Positions 52,816 to 64,000 of a stretch of 64,000 nucleotides of DNA are shown one piece after another. The stretch covers positions 124,001 through 188,000 of the forward strand of contig NIVC01000612.1 in the NCBI GenBank assembly GCA_002269645.1. Direction: 5' to 3'. Both the position numbers and the translations under genes were made by a program. The DNA comes from Macrostomum lignano. Its lineage: Eukaryota. A model generated the notes under the pieces. That model worked only from the letters and a program-made list of their open reading frames with translations, made no database searches and was not told the DNA's origin. Each line of letters begins with the position of its first letter. The stretch's first letter is position 1.

Positions 52816-54084
52816 CTGGCGAGCAATCCTATGAGTCATGCGAGTCCACTGCCCACTGCAAGAGAATAACTGATGGGGCAAGAAGAGAGTCTGGAGCTGG
52901 CCTAAGTCAAATATGTCTCTGGATTGGAACGTTTGCCTCTGTCCAAGACAGCAACCCGACTCGGCTCACAGCATGCCGCTGCACATCACGAGAGACGCTC
53001 GAGCAGCTCACAACGAGAAGTTCGGCTGACAACAAGTCCTGTGAATGGCACTGCGGCAATATGGCTAATCAATAAGGCTACGAGCGGGTCTGCACAGAGG
53101 CAAGAAAGTCTGAAAAGTTGCCCTGGCACAAGACGGCACGATAAGAGTCGCCGAGCCGAGCAAAAAGCGAAAAGCACCTGAGAACACAGGGGTGACTGCT
53201 CGATAAGACAAGCCAGCCTAGCCGGGGTCCGAGCGGGAGAACTGCCAACAGCATCAGCACCTGATAAGGGAGATCAGAGCGAGCACAGCTCGACTTGTGT
53301 ATGAACTGACTTTTGCCATTTTGTGAAGAAAGCGCTAATTTGGGCTTTTATGCCAAGTGATAAACTCTCGTTCTACGTATACACCTGCTTACTAATTTTG
53401 GAAGGGCAGAAAATCATTCGATATGCGCTGTTTCAGACTTTCATGTCTTTTGCGTTTTCCTGTGATGGGATTACAACACTTTACGGTCTCTTTTCAGTAA
53501 TCTTCGACCTCTCTCGCCTCCAGCCTGTCATCTTTTCTCTAATCTCTCTTCTCCTCTTTCCTCTTCTCTGCCCTCTCTATTAACCCTCCTTTTTCTCTCA
53601 CCTGGCGAGCCGCCATGGGCAAAATTATTTACCTGGCCCTTGGGGTAAAAATGCTCCTGCTTTAAACCCTTGGTAGTGTGCACGTACACATGCAGTAGCT
53701 ATTGACGACGTACATGTAGCAATTCAATATTACACTGCCTGTATTGTATTATATTAACTAGCATGATATTTTCTAATTTAAAATATGATTTTGAAAAACG
53801 AGCATCCAGTAAGTGGCGGTGCCTGGGGCTCTAAACCTCTAACAACTTTATACATATTGTTTTTTACATACAATTCTGCTCACGAGCATCATAAGGTAGG
53901 CAGAAATTTTTTAATAACTCTAAAAATCTTATTATACAATTTATAACTCTAAGTCAAAGTAAAGCAGGACGTTGACTGCCCAAACATTTCCAATGCAAAA
54001 TTTGGCTCAGCTGCTCAGTAATGTGCATGATTTTTGTCCTAAATACAATACTTACTGTTACACCTTTTTGCGTTCGACTTCGAT

Positions 54085-54760
54085 AAAACTGCATTCCATT
54101 TCGGCAAACTGGCTTTCATCTTCGGCATCAGCTAGGGCCGCACATCCAAACTGCATTCGAATTCGGCAAACCGGATTCAGTTTCGGCAAACTGCATTCGA
54201 ATTCGACAAACTGGATTCAATTTCGGCAACTCGAGTTTCTATTTAGACAAACTGATATTCAAATTCGGCAAACTGCACTCGATTTCGGCAGCCAGCACCT
54301 CGTGCCACAGACTGTCTATGGAAATAGACGCATCTAAACCCAAAACTGCATTCAATTTCGGCAAACTGCACTCGATTTCGGCAGCCAGCGCCTCGTGCCA
54401 CAGACTGTCTATGGAAATAGACGCATCTAAACCCAAAACTGCATTCAATTTCGGCAAACTGCACTCGATTTCGGCAGCCAGCGCCTCGTGCCACAGACTT
54501 TCTATGGAAATAGACGCATCTAAACCCAAAACTGCATTCAATTTCGGCAAACTGCACTCGATTTCGGCAGCCAGCGCCTCGTGCCACAGACTGTCTATGG
54601 AAATAGACGCATCTAAACCCAAAATTGCATGCAATTTCGGCAAACTGCACTCGATTTCGTCAGCCAGCGCCTCGTGCCTCAGACTGTCTATGGAAATAGA
54701 CGCATCTAAACCCAAAACTGCATTCAATTTCGGCAAACTGCACTCAATTTCGGCAGCGCC
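54085..54760. repeat. 93-bp satellite (~5 units, 54270-54760) preceded by ~20-bp AAACTGCATTCGAATTCGGC subrepeats
   Basis: 31-aa periodicity in the ORF track; direct reading. Confidence 0.92.
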
Positions 54761-54768
54761 AATCTAAA

Positions 54769-55045
54769 AGGGAATAAAGACAGAAGAGGGGGATTTTCTT
54801 GAGTCTGCACAAGTACCGCCTTTGGAGTGCAGTTAAGGTGTATGTAATTGAACGCGCAAAAACCTGTGCACTCATCACCAAGCAATAGCTGCCATCTGCC
54901 TGGCAGTGTCTCCACAGGCTGGACTTGTGCTACGTGAGGGGAATTACGAAGGAGTTGTTTGCGCGTTCAATTACACCTTAACTGCACTCCAGATGCAGTA
55001 CTTGTGCAGACTCTAAGAAATCCAACTCTTCTGTCTTTAGTCCCT
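54769..55045. mobile_element. ~277-bp MITE-like foldback
   Basis: About 100-bp imperfect arms AGGGAATAAAGACAGAAGAG..GAGTCTGCACAAGTAC..GGAGTGCAGTTAAGGTG..GTAATTGAACGCGCAAA and reverse complement; no clear TSD. Confidence 0.7.
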
Positions 55046-56221
55046 CCTGGTCTCCTGACTGACGTCCTTGGCTACCTTGACTACAATCGCAAGATTGGAG
55101 AGCTGCTGGCCGAACTTTGGACTCGATTTAGTCTGAGGATTTGACCGACGACAGAGCGTGTCGCTCCTGACTCCAGTATGAGTCCATGCAGTCCACTCCT
55201 ACTCCTACTTTTGCAGCTGCCATTCTGACGTGTCAATCAACTTAAATAAAACAAAAAATAGGCTGAAATAATTTTCAGTTACAAAGTTATCGCCAAAGCG
55301 GTAATAGCGTTGAGTGTTAAATCGACTAACTCTTCGAAACCGAAAAATAACTAAGTAGGCAAAAATCGGATGCTTGTAGCCTTCAATACCTCTGCGTTCT
55401 CGCGCAGGCAAACAAAACAACCAAGTTAGCAAAAAACACGCTGACCAAAAATCACGCCCTTTTTAATTATTATTTAACGTGGGGTGGGGTTAGCAAATCG
55501 AGGGGGGTTCGCTCATGTACATTAAATAAAGAGAAAATAAATGTACAATTAAATAAGTAAAACCCCAAAAATATGACAAAAAATGAACCTCCAGAACATT
55601 CCCCTCTTCCTGATTGGGGCCAATCAGCAAAAAAGCAGAAAAAAATTGCCTCCTTGAAACTTACGTGCAATTAATTAAAACGGTTGCAAGCATAATTCGA
55701 AAAAAACAGTAAACTCCTGTAAACAAAAAATAAATCGCGCGAAATCAGAAATTAACATTAAGAACGCATGCAATGTGAAGTGTCAATTGGGATCAAAAGA
55801 TAGTGTGCCAAATATAAACCTTTGCAATCGCTATAGCCAACTCAAAAACTCCCTACTAAAAAACGAACACAAACGAACTCAAAGACTGCTCAAACGATAA
55901 TTAGTGAAATAACACGGGATGAGAAATGTCTTGAAAACTTAAGTAATCCCTACTGTAAACATATGAAAAAATCAAAGCACAAAATCTGCCAAAAGAACTC
56001 GCATTCAAGCAAGCAACAAGTCTTTTTACTCAGAATAAAAAACACAAAATACGCAAATATAAGCAACCCGTCACCACTTCAGCTATTAGGTGCAAAAACG
56101 GCAAATAATGACACGAAAATATAGATTATACTAACCATCATGAACTAGACGTCAAAAAAACTACGTCTGAAAAGTCTTGTTTAGCATCGAAAAGTCCATT
56201 TTAACAATAAGTCAACAGTCA

Positions 56222-57236
56222 CTATTCACCTCGCTGCAGCAGACACAACTTCGTCACGGGTCGCAGCACTGTCCCACCGCCAGTCCGCACCTTAGCCACG
56301 CGCACATGGCCGTCTCGTCCAGGAAATACCTCGAGAACTCGCCCGAGCGGCCAGTGTCCTCGAGGCGCATCCGCTCGTAGCGCCAAGACGATGTCACCGA
56401 CGGCGAGATCCGGCTGCTCCTTGACCCACTTGGATCTGGCGTTGAGTCTTGGCACCCACTCACGCAGCCATCGGTGCCAGAAGTGCCGCACCAGCTCTTG
56501 GACACGTCGCCACCGCCGGCGCGGGTCGCGGCTGATCTCGGTCGAGACTTCCGTAGCAAAGTCACCACCCAGTTGACCATGCAAGAAATGGTTTGGCGTC
56601 AACGGCGTGTCGTCCTTTGGGCTTGTGGTTTGGTATGTCAACGGCCTGGAATTGATGAGCGCTTCCGCACCGGTGAAGGCGGAATGCAGCTCTTCGTCGG
56701 TGATGTCAGCGTTGCTAAGGATGGCGCGCACAGCTCGCTTAGCGGCGCGAACCATAACTTCGTGGGCGCCGCCGAAATGGGGCGCCGACGGAGGCTGGAA
56801 GCGCTACTTGATGCCGCGCTCAGCTGCCGCTCTCTGGATTTTGTTCTGCTGCTCGTTTTCGAATTCTCGTAGTTCTCGCTCGCCTTTGACAAAATTGCCG
56901 CCGTTATCGGAGTAAACTTCGAGTGGCCGGCCTCTACGGTTGATCATGCGCGCGAAAGCATTCAGAAATGAGTCAGAATCCAAGCTGTACGCCATTTCCA
57001 GGTGCACGGCTCTCGTCTCCAAACAGGTGAACAGGGCCAAATACCTCTTCGTTCGCCGTCTTCCGCGCCCTTGTACCGTTTCAAACGGACCACCGAAGTC
57101 GACTGCCACAAAGCTGAACGCTCGGAGCGAGTTCTTCAGCCTGGCCTCTGGCAGCGGCGCCATCTGCTGCACCTCCGGTCCTGCTTTTTGCCTTCTGCAT
57201 CGCGCGCACTCCTTCTCCCATTCTCGAATGGCTTCG
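56222..57236 (-). pseudogene. BEL/Pao LTR retrotransposon integrase fragment
   Basis: '[81 protein letters not shown]'; one in-frame stop near 56804. Confidence 0.92.
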
Positions 57237-57521
57237 CCTAGATAGCTAAACCCTAGATAGCTATTAGAAGGGCAAACAGAAGCAGCTTTAAGATAATTAA
57301 TCAACTGTCAAGTCAATTTGCATAGCCGAATCTAATAAAGCCCCTTTCCATTCCAGTTAGTAGCAACACCCCGCCGCTGGCACAATGGCGCTCAAACCGG
57401 CTGGGAGAAGCAAACTGAGCAGCGGCCAGCTTAGAGAACAACGCGGCACGCGGCAGACTCTGGCGCACAATGAGGGTTTTGTGAGGCCCACCTACAGATT
57501 CCTACCCAACCCGTAGCTGAG

Positions 57522-57595
57522 GGAGGCCGTAGCCCAGCGGTAGCGCAGCTGCTCTGGTGTGCCAGCGACCCAGGCTCGATTCCAAGTGCAGTCAC
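57522..57595 (+). mobile_element. tRNA-like SINE head or tRNA pseudogene
   Basis: A box TAGCCCAGCGG and B box GGCTCGATTCC at tRNA-like spacing; the cloverleaf does not pair cleanly. Confidence 0.5.
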
Positions 57596-58554
57596 ATTAA
57601 TTTGGGGCTGAATTGGAATCTCGGCTTGGCTCTGCTCGTGCAATTAACGGCCTTGAGAGCCAACCCCCCAAGGTGCAGTGAAGTGTACATGCCTAACGAT
57701 AATATAAAGTTAGGGCCGCTGTACACTCCTGTGTGAGTGTGTGCCTGCGTACGTATCCGCGCGCCTGTGTGCCTGCTCAGGGGAGTCGGCGGAATGGGCA
57801 GTAATGCCTCTCGCCGGTTGTGTGCCTATGTCGCTTAAAGTGCGCCAGGGTGCACACAACCCCCCTGCCTCTAAAAAAAAACCCGAAGCTGCCAAGAATG
57901 CGAGATCAACCCCAAGAAGCTTGACAACCGAGAGAGAGAGAGAGAGAGGACTGTTTAATCATCCATGGAAGAGTTAAGAGACGGAAAATTAAGCTCTTTT
58001 TCTATAATCTTTCTATCCTAAATTTTATCCAACTCAATACATAGATTTGCGAAACCCCGAATAATCTCTAAACCTCACACTTAGCAACCTATTAGAACTA
58101 ACTAAATTAATGTACAACTAGGGAACTGAGCCCCAGATTTTTATTGCTTAAAACCCCCCGCCGTTGCTAACCACGCGAAGACACCCCACCGGCGGCGGGG
58201 GGAGGTCGAAAATGCGAATCCGTATAAAATAGACGCCCATCTCAAAGTGGAGCGGCGCTTCGTTTTTCTGGCGCAGTTTCCAGATCTCAACTCGCTCGTT
58301 TTGTATTGGTCTCTGGACTATCCAGTTGGCACAAATCCAAGTCTTCAACCCAATTATTCGCCTTAAAGATACACAGCGAAATATTCGTGAGATTAAAAGT
58401 CAGCCTAGATACTAGGAGATCCCGTCAGTTTATACGGTTTTCTCTGGCGGCCTGATAGAAGATATAAGAGCTGTAAGAACCTTAGACCGCTAGACATCTA
58501 TCTTACGAAAGTAAGAACACAAACTCAAAGGCCCCGGAGACAAACGCGTATAAA

Positions 58555-58995
58555 TTTATTGTAGGCAAAAATCATTCAGGCAATAAAAATGGATCAGCAA
58601 ACCAGCTCACATCTGAGCATACCAGTCTACAAGAGCAAAAACAGGCAGTTATGTACGATATGTACTTTAATTCATTGTAGGTAAAAATCGATCAGGAAAT
58701 AAAAATGGATCAGCAAACCAGCTCACATCTGAGCATACCAGTCTACAAGAGCAAAAACAGGCAGTTATGTACGATATGTACTTTAATTCATTGTAGGTAA
58801 AAATCGATCAGGAAATAAAAATTGATCAGCAAACCAGCTCACATCTGAGCATACCAGTCTACAAGAGCAAAAACAGACAGTTATGTACGATATGTACTTT
58901 AATTCATTGTAGGTAAAAATCGATCAGGAAATAAAAATGGATCAGCAAACCAGCTCACATCTGAGCATACCAGTCTACAAGAGCAAAAACAGGCA
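58555..58995. repeat. 116-bp tandem repeat (~3.7 units); single-copy homolog at ~31065-31150
   Basis: GTAAAAATCG recurs at 58681, 58797 and 58913. Confidence 0.92.
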
Positions 58996-60718
58996 GTCGC
59001 TGACACTAAGGGAGGCCGTGAGGTCGCTGGCAGCAGCGGGTCCGGTCGGTCACAGTTCACGGAGCAGTCGGTGCCGCTGGCCCAGCAGAAGCCGACGACA
59101 ATTTTGGCCAGTAAAAGAAATCGGGGAGGTCAGCCTCATGGGAATGGTCGGAGAGGGCAAGTGCAAGTGCATGGCAGCGATGAAGCTGCATTGCAGATTC
59201 CCATTGACGCCTCGAAAGGCGGGCAAGCAAGACTGGGATTGGAGGGTGGGGAAGCTTATCCAACAACATGCATCACGTGACCTTTGAACAGACCTTGAAC
59301 TCCGCTGCTTAAGCAACCAGTGACGTCATCACACGAGTGCAGCCGCGATTGGCTGGGGTGCGATGAGAGTTTGGGATCGTGGCACCATCATGGCGTGCAA
59401 ATAAGAGTTCGCTACACAGAGTAAAACAAATGTGGGCATAAAAGTGATTAATAAATAGTCACAAAAATCTGAATAAGCATGCGTAAGCCTGGGTAAAACA
59501 AACGGAGGTTTAATATTTTAGTCAAAAGATTCGTTCACACTGCCACAAGATGAACATCGCTTTTGAGTGCAGATTCCACGTCTTTTAAATATTTTCTTGT
59601 TTCTCTCTCTGTGCATAAGTCGCATGGCTTGGTGGCACTTTTCACTTTTCATGGCAGTCTAAACGCGTCTTTTGACATGCCTAGGTGGGTCATGTTAGTA
59701 GTGAGTTGCGCGCACTCAGTGTCAGACACCCAGTGTCAGAAGCCACTGTAAATGAGAGCATGAGTTTTACGAACAGACAGCAATCAGTCAACGAAAAAAT
59801 AAACAACTTGGCATTAGCGATGCACAAAACGGATTAAATTAATCTGTGTCACCAAAAGTTATTACTGCGATCATTTATAGAACTCTTTAAATATTGGGAG
59901 GTCTAACGAAACAAAATCTTTATTAAAAAATTTCATGGCTTCGGTACACGACAATCAGAAAATCAGAAATCTCAATTTAGAAATTAAATATAAAAGGAAA
60001 CTTAAGTGCTCATGAGTAGTGTCGCCATGAATTCCAAGAATCTAGGTGTAGGTAGCAGCGAACTAAGGTACCAATAACCTACCAGGTACCAGGCACCAAT
60101 TAGAATATGATTAAAGATCACGATAAAGCGATCGAATAAATGTAACAAACAAAATGAAGGATATCAAGATCCATTTAAAGCAAAAAACCTAACTTCACAC
60201 TACAACAGGGTCTGAGATATTTTTTGAAAAAGTCTTCAAAAGTTGTGTTAGATAATAAACAAAGCAAAGGCAAAAGCTGGGGAATACTCATATGCGTACA
60301 CATTGAATCAGTATATTAGAAACTAATGGAATTCTACCGCACTTACTAGTATACCTACTCCGCAACCATTATTTAGTAGTAAATTCTGGTGAAAAACCAA
60401 ATAGGACTCCCAGTGCCAATGAGAACTTCCGCATTTAAAAGTCCTATTTAGCAGCATTTTGCAGTGTCAGCCACAGAAATACACAGAAACGTCAGCCAGC
60501 ACTCGCACAGAACTTGCTGACGTTCGCTTTCTACGAGCTACCTCTATTGATGAGAAGCCATGCTCAGCAATAAATTATACCAGCTGAATTTGCTTGGCGG
60601 TTCAACAAACCATGGAATTAAAAAACATCACCAACAAAAAAACGCGTGTTGCCTTGCCAATAGCCTAAAATATGCACTATTAACATAAATACAGTTGTAA
60701 GTGCGCAAAAAGCAGATT

Positions 60719-63232
60719 TTAGCGAACTAATCTTGACAGTCGATCGAAAATTTGCCTGCTCTGACGTAGTTCGCAGATTGATAAAGCAGACAAACTTAAA
60801 TCACCTGTGTCAGTGAGACAGTCTGGTCCGAGCTCGTTCACCAGCCACTCGAGTGCTGAGCTGCTCACAGCATTGCCAGCAGCACAGTGTATTGCAGTGA
60901 TGCCTTGCCTTCCTCTCAGCTTAAAACACTCGACTCCATTCATCTTCTCTTTGATGAACTGCATTGATTCCGCCTTCTGGAACTGAGCCGCAATGTGGAT
61001 GACTGTGTCATTGTCTGCATCTCTGTCCGTGAGACAACCTCGTCCGAGCTCGTTCACCAGCCACTCGAGTGCTGAGCTGCTCACAGCATTGAAAGCAGCA
61101 CAGTGCACTGCAGTCATGTTTTGCCTTCCTCTCAGCTTGAAACACTCGACTCCATTCATCTTCTCTTTCATGAACTGCATTGATTCCGCCTTCTGGAACT
61201 GAGCCGCAATGTGGATGACTGTGTCATTGTCTGTATCTCTATCCGTGAGACAGTCTGGTCCGAGCTCGTTCACCAGCCACTCAAGTGCTGAGTTGCTCAC
61301 TTTATTTTTAGCAGCACAGTGCACTGCAGTCCTGTTGTTCATTCCTCTCAGCTTGAAACACTCGACTCCATTCATCTTCTCTTTGATGAACTGCATTGAT
61401 TCCGCCTTCTGGACAGAAGCCGCAATGTGGATGACTGTGTTATTGTTTGCATCTCTGTCAGTGAGACAGTCTGATCCGAGCTCGTTCACCAACCACTTAA
61501 GTGGTGAGCTGCTCACTTCATTGCAAGCAGCACGGTGCACTGCAGTCATGTTGTTTATTCCTCTCAGCTTGAAACACTCGACTCCATTCATCTTCTCTTT
61601 GATGAACTGCATTGATTCCGCCTTTTGCAACTCAGCCGCAATGTGGATGACTGTTCTTTTTTCTGCATCTCTGTCAGTGAGACAGTCTGGTCCGAGCTCG
61701 TTCACCAGCCACTCGAGTGCTGAGCTGCTCACTTTATTGCATGCAGCACGGTGCACTGCAGTCATGTTTTGCATTCCTCTCAGCTTAAAACACTCGACTC
61801 CATTCATCTTCTCTTTGATGAACTGCATTGATTCCGCCCTCTGGAACTCAGCCGCAGTGTGGATGACTGTTAAATTTTTTGCATCTCCGTTAGTGAGACA
61901 GTCTGGTCCGAGCTCGTTCACCAGCCACTCGAGTGCTGAGCTGCTCACTTTATTGCATGCAGCACGGTGCACTGAAGTCATGTTTTGCCTTCCTCTCAGC
62001 TTAAAACACTCGACTCCATTCATCTTCTCTTTGATGAACTGCATTGATTCCGCCTTCTGGAACTGAGCCGCAATGTGGATGACTGTGTCATTGTCTGCAT
62101 CTCTGTCAGTGAGACAGTCTGGTCCGAGCTCGTTCACCAGCCACTCGAGTGTTGAGCTGCTCACTTCATTGCAAGCAGCACAATGCACTGCAGTCATGTT
62201 GTTAATTCCTCTCAGCTTGAAACACTCGACTCCATTCATCTTCTCTTTGATGAACTGCATTGATTCCGCCTTCTGGAACTGAGCCGCAATGTGGATGACT
62301 GTGATATTGCCTGCATTTCTGTCAGTGAGACAGTCTGGTCCGAGCTCCTTCACCAGCCAGTCGAGTGCTGAGCTGCTCACAGTATTGATAGCAGCACAGT
62401 GCATTGCAGTTATGCCTTGCCTTCCTCTCAGCTTAAAACACTCGACTCCATTCATCTTCTGTTTGATGAACTGCATTGATTCCGCCTTCTGGAACTGAGC
62501 CGCAATGTGGATGACTGTGTCATTGTCTGCATCTCTGTCCGTGAGACAACCTCGTCCGAGCTCGTTCACCAGCCACTCGAGTGCTGAGCTGCTCACAGCA
62601 TTGCAAGCAGCACAGTGCACTGCAGTCATGTTTTGCCTTCCTCTCAGCTTGAAACACTCGACTCCATTCATCTTCTCATTGATGAACTGCATTGATTCCG
62701 CCATCTGGAACTGAGCCGCAGTGTGGATGACTGTGTCATTGTCTGCATCTCTGTCAGTAAGACAGTCCGCTTCGAGTTCGAACATCAGCCATTGGAATGT
62801 CGATCCATGATCTGTGAGATTCTCAGCTGCCCTATGCATCACTGTTTTCTGCCTGCTATCTCTTGCTTCGAATGGGTTCCAGTCCGCTTCTGCTGCCTGC
62901 AGCTTCTGTTTCAGGAACTCCATCGTCTCCGCAGTCTGACTCTTTGCTGCCAGGTGAGTCACCGAGTCGCCATCGCTATCAACCAGCCGAAATATGTCGA
63001 CCCCGTGCCCCATCTCCAGTAATCGAAGAACCGGCAGTCCGTCTCTGTCCCGAGCTGCAGCAAAAATGACGCCTTTGGCGAAGTCTTCTCCAGGTCCGAC
63101 GATGCTCTCGGACACCTGGAACAGCAGATCATCAGTCAGCCGTTCGTCTCCGGCTGCTACCGCCTGCTTGATCTGCCTAAAGAGATGCTGAGAGGCCTCG
63201 TATTCGCTGAACTCGCTGGGACTCAGAGCTCT
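60719..63232 (-). CDS. Ankyrin-array gene copy 2, intact reading frame: N-terminal cap plus ~9 units of 216 bp (~18 ANK); N-terminus must be supplied by splicing
   Basis: Uninterrupted ORF from acceptor TTTCAG|AGA GCT CTG at 63232 to the stop at 60719; same unit as copy 1. Confidence 0.88.
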   Translation of the reverse strand, partial: RALSPSEFSEYEASQHLFRQIKQAVAAGDERLTDDLLFQVSESIVGPGEDFAKGVIFAAARDRDGLPVLRLLEMGHGVDIFRLVDSDGDSVTHLAAKSQTAETMEFLKQKLQAAEADWNPFEARDSRQKTVMHRAAENLTDHGSTFQWLMFELEADCLTDRDADNDTVIHTAAQFQMAESMQFINEKMNGVECFKLRGRQNMTAVHCAACNAVSSSALEWLVNELGRGCLTDRDADNDTVIHIAAQFQKAESMQFIKQKMNGVECFKLRGRQGITAMHCAAINTVSSSALDWLVKELGPDCLTDRNAGNITVIHIAAQFQKAESMQFIKEKMNGVECFKLRGINNMTAVHCAACNEVSSSTLEWLVNELGPDCLTDRDADNDTVIHIAAQFQKAESMQFIKEKMNGVECFKLRGRQNMTSVHRAACNKVSSSALEWLVNELGPDCLTNGDAKNLTVIHTAAEFQRAESMQFIKEKMNGVECFKLRGMQNMTAVHRAACNKVSSSALEWLVNELGPDCLTDRDAEKRTVIHIAAELQKAESMQFIKEKMNGVECFKLRGINNMTAVHRAACNEVSSSPLKWLVNELGSDCLTDRDANNNTVIHIAASVQKAESMQFIKEKMNGVECFKLRGMNNRTAVHCAAKNKVSNSALEWLVNELGPDCLTDRDTDNDTVIHIAAQFQKAESMQFMKEKMNGVECFKLRGRQNMTAVHCAAFNAVSSSALEWLVNELGRGCLTDRDADNDTVIHIAAQFQKAESMQFIKEKMNGVECFKLRGRQGITAIHCAAGNAVSSSALEWLVNELGPDCLTDTGDLSLSALSICELRQSRQIFDRLSRLVR

Positions 63233-63269
63233 CTGAAATCGGATTAGGCAGATAGTTATAATTAGTCTA

Positions 63270-64000
63270 GGGTAATTAAAGGCCTATGATATTGGCTGTG
63301 AAACTTAAGGACATATAGGTAAATTGGGAAGGGCAGAGCAGAAACATTTTCGCTCGGTTCGGTCGTGAGTGCCGTGCTATGTGACTGCAAAGTGGCAGAG
63401 CAGTTGTTTTCCGCTATCATGCTGATGGGCTGCCGTGTCATCACCTGGCAGCCTTTTCGACTTTTTTCGACATGATCTTTGTAGGTAAAGCGCGATATAT
63501 GAGAAAGCAGCATTTCTGTTTGTCCGTTGCTCAACTTGGTGGTGCCGCTATCTACACTTCCTATCAACGACGTCTACGAGTACTCTCTGCTTCGGCGGGT
63601 GTATGCAGAAACTAGCAGAATTCGCGAGAGACAGCCGATGATATCGCCCTGCTGTCCTTTAACCTCTACGCGACAGGTGGTGCTTGGCATCACCCTTGTT
63701 GCCAACGGCTGTGCCGAAATCGGGACATAGACTATTTGACAGTCGCTACGAACAACTTTGTTAGTTTTCCTAGGAGCCACGTTGAAATCAATCAGACCAT
63801 GGCCGGGTTCCATTTGATTGCCGAACTGCCACATGTCATTGGTGTTATCGACTGCACAAATGTCGCTATCAAGAGTCCAACTAACAATGAGTATGTTTTT
63901 GAGAACAGAAAATCGTTTTATTCTATTAATGTTCAAGCTGTGTGCAGTGTCGCAATGTCATTCACGAACATTCTAGTACGCTGGCCGAGAAGTACACACG
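63270..64000 (+). mobile_element. Harbinger/PIF (HARBI1-like) DDE transposase remnant running off the window
   Basis: Own translation from ~63751: 'NFVSFPRSHVEINQTMAGFHLIAELPHVIGVIDCTNVAIKSP..ENRKSFYSINVQAVC..VRWPRSTH', the Harbinger 'IGAIDCTH..NRKG.HS.N.Q.VCD..WPGS.HD' pattern; upstream part is degenerate. Confidence 0.85.

Noticed and set aside
57522-57595. Functional tRNA gene
   Set aside because: A and B boxes are present, but the acceptor and anticodon stems do not pair cleanly and no T-run terminator follows; treated as a SINE head or pseudogene.
58154-58202. 10-bp GC stem CCCCCCGCCG..CGGCGGGGGG as terminator or ncRNA
   Set aside because: Isolated hairpin with no U-tract or family context; not interpretable.

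Overview
Eukaryotic, intron-containing and very repeat-rich invertebrate DNA. GTGAGT-type donors, GACA microsatellites and minisatellite-filled introns resemble Macrostomum-type flatworm genomes; this taxon is an inference only. 0-18 kb: a same-strand (minus) cluster of housekeeping genes: NDUFAF6, a stand-alone ZnF-UBP ORF duplicated from USP5, USP5 and IGHMBP2 (3' end outside the window). Nearly every intron or spacer carries its own tandem repeat. 18-33 kb: transposon field with foldback MITEs, a young Mag-like Ty3/Gypsy LTR element nested in a hAT MITE, and a MULE-like element. 31-39 kb and 59-64 kb: two copies of a segmental duplication, each with a single large exon encoding an ankyrin array of 216-bp (72-aa, two-ANK) units, about 17 and 9 units. 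The framework is almost invariant at DNA level, while the predicted binding-face residues are hypervariable, like a natural DARPin or fungal NLR repeat array. This is the strongest candidate for an undescribed system. Between the copies lie a degenerate DIRS/Ngaro-type retroelement lacking a recognisable recombinase, head-to-tail Helitron-like elements, satellites, a BEL/Pao integrase fragment and SINE-like pieces. A Harbinger transposase remnant runs off the right edge. All calls come from manual reading; no searches were run.
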